Of a DNA stretch of 64,000 nt, positions 1 through 7,854 are shown piece by piece. The stretch comes from an uncultured archaeon (GTDB lineage Archaea; Micrarchaeota; Micrarchaeia; Micrarchaeales; CABMGC01). The translations under genes and the position numbers were made by a program. Below the pieces are notes generated by a model. It ran no database searches, was not told the origin of the DNA, and saw only the letters and a program-made list of their open reading frames with translations. Each line of letters begins with the position of its first letter. Within the stretch, counting starts at the first letter, position 1. The stretch spans positions 352,001 through 416,000 of the forward strand of contig CAWBCT010000005.1 in the NCBI GenBank assembly GCA_963787445.1, read 5' to 3'.

Positions 1-33
1 GGCGACGCTGCGTTCAAGAAATAGGCGCTGGGA

Positions 34-1095
34 ATGGCAGTTGATCTGGGCTCCCTGGTTTCTGAAGTCAAGGAGCAGGTGGAGCTGGAGGAGCTCTCCG
101 GCAAGATCATAGCCATAGACGCCTATAATGCAATCTACCAATTTCTCTCGATAATAAGGGGGCCTGACGGAACGCCGCTCACGGATTCAAAGGGGAGAGT
201 CACAAGCCATCTCTCCGGTCTCTTTTACAGAACGGTAAACCTGCTCGAAAAGAGGATAATTCCTGTTTATGTCTTTGACGGGGTGCCTCCGGCACTCAAA
301 CAGAGAACCATAGAGGCTAGGATGAGCAGGCGCAAGGAGGCTAAGAAGGCCTGGGAGGAGGCGGTGGCGAAGGGGATGATGGAAGAGGCGCGCACGCATG
401 CCATGGCGAGCACGAGGATAAACAGGGAGATTGTGGCGAGCGGGAAGGAGCTTCTGGGATACATGGGTGTTCCGTTCCTCCAGGCTCCAAGCGAGGGGGA
501 GGGACAGGCGGCGCAAATGACAAGAGACGGATTGGTTTATGCGGTTGGCAGCCAGGATTATGACTCATTTCTATTTGGTGCAAAGGTTATCATAAGAAAT
601 CTGACGTTGTCTGGCAGGCGAAAGCTTCCGGGAAGGAATGTCTACGTCAACGTGAACATAGAGCGCTCGACAACGGATGCATTGCTTAAGAAATTCGGGG
701 TAAGCCAGCGCATGTTCATCATGATGGGGGCGTTGATAGGCACGGATTTTAACACAGGGGTGGAGAAGGTTGGGCCAAAGACTGCACTTAAGATAGTAAA
801 AGAGCACAAAACAGAGAAGAAGGTCGCCGCATACGTTAAGGAGAAGTACGGGGTTGACATAGAGACTGAGCTTTCTGACGTTCTGAACCTGTTTGAGAAG
901 CCAGAAGTTGAGCACATGACCGAGGAGAAGTTCCAGGCGCTGCGCAAGGGCTTCAAGCCCGACCGGGAGAAGCTGATGAAGTTCATGTGCGAGGAGCATC
1001 AGTTCTCGCCGGACAGGATAGAAAAGTATGCCGACAAGATCTTCGAGATTGGCAGGGAGCACAATCAGAAAGGCATAAATAAATGGTTAGAGTAA
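34..1095 (+). CDS. fen: Flap endonuclease 1
   Basis: IDAYNAIYQFLSIIR, YVFDG, APSEGEGQAA, SQDYD and GTDFN motifs; C-terminal PIP box QKGINKWL. Confidence 0.97.
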   Translation: MAVDLGSLVSEVKEQVELEELSGKIIAIDAYNAIYQFLSIIRGPDGTPLTDSKGRVTSHLSGLFYRTVNLLEKRIIPVYVFDGVPPALKQRTIEARMSRRKEAKKAWEEAVAKGMMEEARTHAMASTRINREIVASGKELLGYMGVPFLQAPSEGEGQAAQMTRDGLVYAVGSQDYDSFLFGAKVIIRNLTLSGRRKLPGRNVYVNVNIERSTTDALLKKFGVSQRMFIMMGALIGTDFNTGVEKVGPKTALKIVKEHKTEKKVAAYVKEKYGVDIETELSDVLNLFEKPEVEHMTEEKFQALRKGFKPDREKLMKFMCEEHQFSPDRIEKYADKIFEIGREHNQKGINKWLE

Positions 1096-1108
1096 GGGTA
1101 CTGATTAT

Positions 1109-1231
1109 ATGGTACAGAAAAGCGTAAAGGGCAAAAAGACAAAGAGGATCGGGAAGACCTACAGGAATGTGAGGGCCAAGTCCAGACTTAAGAAAGTAGC
1201 AAGGATACGCATGAAGCGTATGCAGAGATAA
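1109..1231 (+). CDS. Small, very basic hypothetical protein (40 aa)
   Basis: Manual translation MVQKSVKGKKTKRIGKTYRNVRAKSRLKKVARIRMKRMQR; fills the gap between fen and the convergent aldolase gene; below the ORF-track length cutoff. Confidence 0.6.
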   Translation: MVQKSVKGKKTKRIGKTYRNVRAKSRLKKVARIRMKRMQR

Positions 1232-1243
1232 TCTTTTCCTTCT

Positions 1244-1852
1244 TCAGCGACCTTTCAGAAGGTAGTAGAGCATCCTCTTGGTTGCTATGTGCTCAAGCAT
1301 CTCCACGCGGCCCAGGGCTTCATGCACGGTTGAACCGACAGCCAGGGTCCCGTGTCCCTCCATTATCACAGTGGTGGCATTGCCCCTGGCGATTCTGGTC
1401 GCTATGGAGCTTGCGAATGCCGCACTTGTCGAAGGGAGCTTCTGTACTGTGGCAACGTTTCCAAGATAAAGGGCGGCCTCCTCATCTATCTGCAGATTGA
1501 GTGCGGTCTTTCCTCTTGCCGCTATCAAAGAGAGCGAAACCTCGGGATGCGCCTGGACAACCGCGTTGACCTTGGTTGCAAGCCTGTAGATGTGGGCGTG
1601 GGCGACGTATTCGGGCGAGGGCTTGGGTCCTGAGACGTGCTTGTCCCCCAGCAGCTCGATGACTGCGAGGTCGCGTTCCAGGAGCGCACCCATGTCCACG
1701 TTTGCCGGGGTGATGAGTATCCTGTGGGCGTCTATCCTGGCGCTTATGGTTCCCGTGTTGCTCGTGTTGAGGCCCCTTTCGTACAGTCTTTTCGAGGCGT
1801 TTATTATCTGCGCGCTCAGCGATCTTATCGATTCGTTATTTTCCATGTTCAT
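1244..1852 (-). CDS. Class II aldolase/adducin family protein
   Basis: GTISAR, ILITP, KPSPEYVAHAHIY, AHP and MEGHG motifs typical of the fuculose-phosphate aldolase family. Confidence 0.85.
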   Translation of the reverse strand: MNMENNESIRSLSAQIINASKRLYERGLNTSNTGTISARIDAHRILITPANVDMGALLERDLAVIELLGDKHVSGPKPSPEYVAHAHIYRLATKVNAVVQAHPEVSLSLIAARGKTALNLQIDEEAALYLGNVATVQKLPSTSAAFASSIATRIARGNATTVIMEGHGTLAVGSTVHEALGRVEMLEHIATKRMLYYLLKGR

Positions 1853-2017
1853 ACCTTATTTTGTTTCAAAACAGTTGAATTACTGAGTGATTATACTGCT
1901 AAATATAAAATATCACAGGTGGGCTTGGACTCGATTAATAATAAATAGGGCTATGTCGCAATATATCACGGCTAGAAAGGCGAATGGCCGCACACAGCTA
2001 CGCCTATTTGTGATGAG

Positions 2018-2521
2018 ATGGAACGGATACTCATACCCCAACGACGGGTTCTCGCGCTCAAGAAGATCCTCCCGAAAGTGCAGGGGGACCTGGGCTGCTC
2101 CATAGAGATAGAAGAGGGGAACGAGCTGGTCATAGACGGCGAGGCCTATGCGGAGTACAACGCGAAGAACGTGCTCCAGGCCTTCGGAAGGGGGTTCACG
2201 ATAACCCAGTCCTACAAGCTGCTGAACGATGAGTACTTCTTCAAGTACATAAACCTGAAGGACATCCTGAAGAACGAGGACCAGATAAGGCGGATAAAGG
2301 CGAGGATCATCGGGCGCGCGGGCAAGACCAAGATCTACATGGAGTCTGTAAGCGGAGCGGTTCTGTCGATATACGGGCACACCGTAGGGATGATAGGCAC
2401 GAACGAGGAGATGGCCATCGCGACGGCAGCAATCCAGATACTGGTCGAAGGGGGGACGCACAAGAGGGCTTATAGAATTATGGAGGGGATTAGAAGGAAA
2501 TACAGGCAGGGTGCGATGTGA
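2018..2521 (+). CDS. KH-domain pre-rRNA processing protein (Pno1/Dim2/Krr1-like)
   Basis: AFGRGF and RIKARIIGRAGKTK (GxxG KH loop); HKRAY near the C-terminus. Confidence 0.9.
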   Translation: MERILIPQRRVLALKKILPKVQGDLGCSIEIEEGNELVIDGEAYAEYNAKNVLQAFGRGFTITQSYKLLNDEYFFKYINLKDILKNEDQIRRIKARIIGRAGKTKIYMESVSGAVLSIYGHTVGMIGTNEEMAIATAAIQILVEGGTHKRAYRIMEGIRRKYRQGAM

Positions 2522-4185
2522 TGGCGATCAAGACAAGCGCGGACGACATCTTCAAGGAGTTCAAGGAGCACTCCATATCGGAATTCTTCAGGAAAAACAG
2601 CCAGATGCTCGGCTATTCGGGGAAGGTGCGCTCGCTCACCACGATAGTGCACGAGTACGTGACCAACTCGCTGGACGCCTGCGAAGAGGCCGGGATACTG
2701 CCCGACATAAAGGTCGTGATCAAGGAGCTCGGGGAGGACAAGTACAGGATAACGGTGAAGGACAACGGTCCCGGTATGCCGAGCAAGCATGTTGGAAAGG
2801 CGCTGGCGACGGTTCTTGCGGGAACAAAGTTCCACAGGTATTTGCAACAGAGGGGCCAGCAGGGCATCGGAGCAGCAGGCTGCACGCTCTACTCCAAGAT
2901 AACGACAGGGAAACCCATCCTGGTCAAGGCGAGAACGAGCAAGGAGGCCTACTCATGCGAGGTGTCGATTGACATCAAGTCGAACAAGCCGGTCATAACC
3001 AACATGGTGAAGCTCCCTGAACAAGGCACAGGCACGGAGGTAACCGGCGAGTTCGGCGAGCTAAAGTACGAGAACAGCGACCACGGGGTTTACGAGTACA
3101 TAAAGCGCACCGCGCTGTCCAATCCTCACACAACCTTGATACTCGTCGAGCCGACCGGCAAAGAGGTAACGTTCATACGCTCGAGCAAGGAGATGCCGAA
3201 GCGGCCCAAGGAGATACTGCCGCATCCTCTCGGGGTCGACACGAACGACTTCCTTGAGTTTGCACACAGGTCTACAAATAGGAAACTCACGGGATTCCTG
3301 ACCGAGGCTTTCTCAAGGGTCACTCCGGGCAAGGTGGCGGAGCTAAAGGAGATTGCAAAGGATGTGGATTGGGAGGCTGATCCGAATAAGATACAGTGGG
3401 CTGACGCGGAGAAGATAGTAAAGGCGTTCAAGCAGGTGAAGTGGATGGCTCCGGAGCTGGACTCGCTTTCCATGATAGGAGAGAAGCAGATAGAAGTTAC
3501 GATAAAGAATATCCTGAACCCCCAGTTCTCCAGTGTTGTCGAGAGGAAACCAAAGGTCTTTAGGGGAGGTATACCTTTCCTGGTCGAGGCGGGGATAGCC
3601 TACGGAGGCGATGCTGGCAAGGTGACCGGCGAGACCATGGAGAACGAGGAGGGGGACGCCGAGGCGTTGTCCGAAGGCAACATACTGCGTTTTGCAAACA
3701 AGGTTCCATTGCTGTTCGACGGCTCAAACTGCGCAATAACGGAGGCGGTCAAGAGCATAGATTGGAAGAGATACTCAATAGCGAAGTTCGACCAGGAGCC
3801 GGTCAGCGTGTTCGTCAACGTTTCAAGCGTCTACGTCCCATACTCGGGCGTAGGAAAGCAGGCGGTCGCGAAAGAGGACGACATAATAGAGGAGATACGC
3901 CTTGCGGTGATGGACTGCGGAAGGCTTCTGCAACGGTATCTCAGCGGTGTAAGGAACACAAAACTTCAGGAGACCAGGTACAAGACGATCATGCGCTACG
4001 TCTCGCAGCTCTCCAAAGACCTCAGCGAGATAACCGGCACGGACAGCAAGAAGATTGAAAGCGGGCTTAAGTCGACGATAGAGAAGAAGTACAGCAAGCT
4101 CTTCAATCCGGATGCGGCTGAAGACTCTGAAGAGGAGAGTGCCAGGGCTTCTTCTAAAGAGGAAGAAGAGCCCATAGAAGAGTGA
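2521..4185 (+). CDS. top6B: DNA topoisomerase VI subunit B
   Basis: SISEFF, HEYVTNSLDA, DNGPG and RGQQGIG GHKL motifs, RFANKVPL; TGATG overlap with the upstream gene. Confidence 0.97.
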   Translation: MAIKTSADDIFKEFKEHSISEFFRKNSQMLGYSGKVRSLTTIVHEYVTNSLDACEEAGILPDIKVVIKELGEDKYRITVKDNGPGMPSKHVGKALATVLAGTKFHRYLQQRGQQGIGAAGCTLYSKITTGKPILVKARTSKEAYSCEVSIDIKSNKPVITNMVKLPEQGTGTEVTGEFGELKYENSDHGVYEYIKRTALSNPHTTLILVEPTGKEVTFIRSSKEMPKRPKEILPHPLGVDTNDFLEFAHRSTNRKLTGFLTEAFSRVTPGKVAELKEIAKDVDWEADPNKIQWADAEKIVKAFKQVKWMAPELDSLSMIGEKQIEVTIKNILNPQFSSVVERKPKVFRGGIPFLVEAGIAYGGDAGKVTGETMENEEGDAEALSEGNILRFANKVPLLFDGSNCAITEAVKSIDWKRYSIAKFDQEPVSVFVNVSSVYVPYSGVGKQAVAKEDDIIEEIRLAVMDCGRLLQRYLSGVRNTKLQETRYKTIMRYVSQLSKDLSEITGTDSKKIESGLKSTIEKKYSKLFNPDAAEDSEEESARASSKEEEEPIEE

Positions 4186-4190
4186 CAGGA

Positions 4191-6569
4191 TCAGTAAAGA
4201 AGTTCGTCAAGATGGTCCACGTCTATTATCTCCAGGTTGTTTGACTCTATGGCAAGCCTCAGGGCCGAGGATTTCTTGCCGTAGGTGTTGTACAGCTTCT
4301 CCTGGAGCTCCTGCCGCACCTCCCCATTTATCATCACGAAGAACGTCTTCGTGCCCTTGTGCAGAGGCGCCGTCCTCATCCCCGATAGGGTAGAGTAGAT
4401 GAATATGGGGGTCTGCTTGTTTTTGACCGTGATGACCGTGTCCGCTTCTGTGCTGACGTCCAGGTCTGTGAAGAAGATGGCGTGCTCCACGAAGAAGTCG
4501 CGCAGCTTGCGGAAGATTATGAGATATTCTATATCGTGCTTTGCGGTATCAAGCCACGTCTTTGGAATGTAGTACTCGTCTGAATAGATGAGCTTGCCCT
4601 GGGCGGCAAGCTTGTAGAGCACCTCATTGGTGTTCTGCAGGGTTATTGAAACAGGTGTGTTGCCGAACCTTATGTTTGTGTTCACCCCGTTCTTCACCTC
4701 TTCGGAGGTGAGCGGCATGTATCTCCAGTGGAAATGTAAGTTTATCGTGTCGAAAAGGTTGACAATCGTGTCGCCGCTTAGCGTTACCTCCTGCTTCTTT
4801 GTCGGCGGCAGAGAGGATACGTCTATGTAGTACTCATCGATGTTCGGCGCGCGGAGTATGAAATTGAGGAGTATTATGACAAGTGCGGCCGCGCCGAACT
4901 CTATGTACAGAGAGGGTATGCTGGCGGGCTGGGCGTAGTACTCGGTTATCGGGTAGATGTTGTTCCCTAGGCTGATACTGAGCAGCTGGTAGCCGTAGTT
5001 TATGATCGCCCCCTTCGGCAAAATATAATTTAGCTCCCCGTTCTGGAGGGTGCCGGACTCGTTGTAGGCCCCGTTCAGGGAGATCTGGTATCCGAGGCCG
5101 GAGACGGACTGGCCGTTGCTGACAACAGCGAATGAAAAGTTGCCGGTCTTGAAATTGGCGTAGGTGGGTGTAACATTAAGATAGGGGACGTAGAAGAGCG
5201 CCTGGCTGTACGCCTTGTCATTTATGTCGACGAGCCGTGCGAGATAATAGCTCCCGACCCTTATGTTTCCGAAAGAGTAGTAGTAGATTATGGGAAGGGA
5301 GGTGTTGAAGAAGCCGATGGAGTTCGAGTTTACGAAGTTCATCCCCCTGTCGTAGAGGGCTATGCTGAATGCAAGGCGGCTCGAGGGCCTGTTGATTTTT
5401 GTCTGTATCTGGATCAGATTGCCGTACCCTATCACAGATGGCATCGCAAGCGTGCCGCTCTGGTTGAAGCTGAGTGAAAGCGGGAGCTCCACGTTTAGTT
5501 TGTAGTTCTTGTTTGAGAAGCGCGCATGCACCAGCGAGTAGGAGTTGTTTATGAGTGCGGAGCGGGTGTAGTTGAGCGTGCTGTTGGTCGTGTACAGGTT
5601 CAATCTTGTGGAAACGGGTGTGGTGTTTGCTATGCTGAAGTTGTAGAAGCCGTTGGCCAGGAGATTGATCCAGAAGCGGGACTGGATTGCCTTCGTAAGG
5701 TCGCTAGCCTCCAGGCTTGTATTCTTCCAGATCGCCGTGGGCGAGTTGCTGAATGCGATGAGTGTTCCGTTTGTCACGTTGGCGTAGGCCACGGCGCCGT
5801 AGAGGTAACCGCCGCGGAAGGCGTAGGCGGGTGTGCTAAAGTTAAGCTGTGACTCGGTGAAGTTCGTGTGGGAGAAGGTCGCTATACCGTCTTTCGACAG
5901 GTTTGCAATTGTCGCTTGCGGGGTTATGTAGATCTGACCGTTCTGGTTCAACATCTTGCTGAAGTTTTGCCCAACGTATATTATGGCGTCTCCCCGGTTA
6001 AGGAGGTTGAGAATTGTTATGTTCGCCACACCAGGAGTCTGCACAACCCCAGTAAAAGGGAGAAGGCTGGCCGGCATGAGGCCTGTTGAGAGTATTATTA
6101 TCGAATTGCCTGGCGTGGTGCTAAGAGTGTACTGATCAACGCTCTGCAGGGTTGTTGCGTTTTGGATCAAACCGGCATTTTGAAGACTTGTGGCGAGCGA
6201 GGAGTACAGAGAGGGTTCGTCAAAGCAGGAGTTGCACGCGGCTCCGGTGTTTACAAGATATATGTGGGACAGGGGGTCCTTCTGGTATACGGACAGCGAG
6301 AGGTTTGCCTGGGTTGCGTTTGCAACAGCGTAGTTAAGGGTTGCGTAGGCTGCAAGCTTTGTAGCATAGTTGTAGGTGAGAACACCCTTGCCCGCAATGC
6401 TTGCGCTGAGGCTAACCGGCCCGACAACAGTAACCACAGGGGTTAACTTGGTGATGGTGCTGGTGATGTCGATGTAGAGGAAGGCGAGGAGCAGAACTAC
6501 GAGTACTGCCGCAATGATTCCAATTAGGATAAACTTGTTTTTCAGCAACTTCGGCAATTTCGGGCTCAT
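4191..6569 (-). CDS. Large membrane-anchored hypothetical protein (N-terminal TM, N/S/T-rich extracellular region, second TM, cytoplasmic C-terminal domain)
   Basis: ORF of about 792 aa with hydrophobic segments near residues 15-35 and about 555-575; many NxS/T sequons between them. Confidence 0.8.
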   Translation of the reverse strand: MSPKLPKLLKNKFILIGIIAAVLVVLLLAFLYIDITSTITKLTPVVTVVGPVSLSASIAGKGVLTYNYATKLAAYATLNYAVANATQANLSLSVYQKDPLSHIYLVNTGAACNSCFDEPSLYSSLATSLQNAGLIQNATTLQSVDQYTLSTTPGNSIIILSTGLMPASLLPFTGVVQTPGVANITILNLLNRGDAIIYVGQNFSKMLNQNGQIYITPQATIANLSKDGIATFSHTNFTESQLNFSTPAYAFRGGYLYGAVAYANVTNGTLIAFSNSPTAIWKNTSLEASDLTKAIQSRFWINLLANGFYNFSIANTTPVSTRLNLYTTNSTLNYTRSALINNSYSLVHARFSNKNYKLNVELPLSLSFNQSGTLAMPSVIGYGNLIQIQTKINRPSSRLAFSIALYDRGMNFVNSNSIGFFNTSLPIIYYYSFGNIRVGSYYLARLVDINDKAYSQALFYVPYLNVTPTYANFKTGNFSFAVVSNGQSVSGLGYQISLNGAYNESGTLQNGELNYILPKGAIINYGYQLLSISLGNNIYPITEYYAQPASIPSLYIEFGAAALVIILLNFILRAPNIDEYYIDVSSLPPTKKQEVTLSGDTIVNLFDTINLHFHWRYMPLTSEEVKNGVNTNIRFGNTPVSITLQNTNEVLYKLAAQGKLIYSDEYYIPKTWLDTAKHDIEYLIIFRKLRDFFVEHAIFFTDLDVSTEADTVITVKNKQTPIFIYSTLSGMRTAPLHKGTKTFFVMINGEVRQELQEKLYNTYGKKSSALRLAIESNNLEIIDVDHLDELLY

Positions 6570-6579
6570 GTACAAACCA

Positions 6580-6726
6580 TTAAATGCCCTGCTTCTTGAG
6601 GACGTACTTGTCGATCAGGGACTGCATCAGTTGAGAGACCCTATTGGTGTCCTTCTTCATGCTCTTCAGGACCCTATAGCTCTTGATGTATGAGAAGCGC
6701 TTGTTTACGGTTACCTCGTATTTCAT
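6580..6726 (-). CDS. Small hypothetical protein (48 aa), possibly ribbon-helix-helix-like
   Basis: Manual translation MKYEVTVNKRFSYIKSYRVLKSMKKDTNRVSQLMQSLIDKYVLKKQGI; fills the gap between two co-oriented genes; G/C-ending codons like its neighbours. Confidence 0.65.
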   Translation of the reverse strand: MKYEVTVNKRFSYIKSYRVLKSMKKDTNRVSQLMQSLIDKYVLKKQGI

Positions 6727-6734
6727 GGGGATCC

Positions 6735-7469
6735 TCAGCTTTGGACCTCTAGATAGCCGGCCGAGACCATCTTATCAAGTATCTCCTCCACTCGCGGCGC
6801 AGTTATGCCGTAGTTCTTCGCGAAGATCTCGATGTCTATGGTGTTGTTGTGCACTTCGATCCACTCCTGAATTATCGACATGAGCGACTCATCCGAGTAC
6901 TTCTGCAGCTTCTCGAGCTCGGCGCTTAGGCTCTTGTTTTCGGTTGAGAGCTGCGCGGTTTGTATGGTCAGGTTCCTGTTTGATGACGAGAGTTCAAGGT
7001 TCAGCCTCTTCAGCGCACGGTACTCGTCGAGCATGGAGTCGTATTTGTTGAACAGGGTGCTGTAGCTCTGGGAGAGCCCCGTGATAAGCTTGTCAAGGGT
7101 GGAATCGGTGTACTGGAGAAGCTCGCCCTGGGAGAGTTCATAGTCCTCGGAAAGGTTCGAGAGCATGGAGGCGAGGTCGCGGAGTATTGAGGTGCGGCGA
7201 AGGCTCTCGCTCGTATCCTGGGGGACAGAGTAGACGATCTCTATGCCTTCCTTGGCTATCTTCATGATGTAGAAGAGGTAGGGCATCTTCCGGATGTTCC
7301 TGCTCTCCACGCGTGCGACGGTGAGGCCGTCGTCCTCAAGGCCTATGGAATAGAAAGGAATCTGAGAAAGTTTGGTCTTTATTGCGTCAAATGAGGTCAG
7401 AATCTTGCCAGGAAAGATAATCTTTTCCATTTTCGGGGCTGGAAGGCTTTCGTCTGGCACAGGACTCAC
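6735..7469 (-). CDS. Hypothetical protein with central coiled coil and C-terminal winged-helix-like segment
   Basis: 244-aa ORF; heptad-rich region YDSMLDEYRALKRLNLEL...LEKLQ; C-terminal IDIEIFAKNYGITAPRVEEILDKMVSAGYLEV. Confidence 0.8.
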   Translation of the reverse strand: MSPVPDESLPAPKMEKIIFPGKILTSFDAIKTKLSQIPFYSIGLEDDGLTVARVESRNIRKMPYLFYIMKIAKEGIEIVYSVPQDTSESLRRTSILRDLASMLSNLSEDYELSQGELLQYTDSTLDKLITGLSQSYSTLFNKYDSMLDEYRALKRLNLELSSSNRNLTIQTAQLSTENKSLSAELEKLQKYSDESLMSIIQEWIEVHNNTIDIEIFAKNYGITAPRVEEILDKMVSAGYLEVQS

Positions 7470-7551
7470 GATAACATAACAAATCTAATGTATTTATTGC
7501 TTGCGTTTGCCTTTAGGCATGATTTTGAGGTAGGATACGCCTTGAGAACCG

Positions 7552-7770
7552 CTAGATTGCGGCAAATCTCATCCTGCTGCCGCCCCTGACCGTTCTTTTT
7601 TGCATCTCGTCCATCCTTCTGAGGATTCGCGGCACATCGTCGTTACTCCTGATTGGCCTTAGTGCGCCGGTTGCGACCTCCACCCCGTTCCGCTTCAACT
7701 TCTTTATCATCGCGCCGTCCAGGATGATGCGGTGGGCCTGCGTTGTTTTCGAATTGACCATGAATTTCAT
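7552..7770 (-). CDS. Hypothetical protein (72 aa)
   Basis: ATG-started ORF with TATA-like TATAAATA about 20-28 nt upstream; no recognisable motif. Confidence 0.5.
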   Translation of the reverse strand: MKFMVNSKTTQAHRIILDGAMIKKLKRNGVEVATGALRPIRSNDDVPRILRRMDEMQKRTVRGGSRMRFAAI

Positions 7771-7835
7771 GAATAATACGCTCTATAGATATTTATACTG
7801 GGCATGGCTGACGCTGAAGGTTATAAAATAAAAAT

Positions 7836-7854
7836 AGGAGAAGCAAGCTTGAAA
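7836..7854. repeat. Inverted-repeat arm of the 23S processing stem (pairs with 10707-10725)
   Basis: aggagaagcaagcttgaaa is the exact reverse complement of tttcaagcttgcttctcct at 10707-10725. Confidence 0.9.

Noticed and set aside
2521..4185. top6B without adjacent top6A
   Set aside because: The partner may simply lie outside the window; this cannot be judged here
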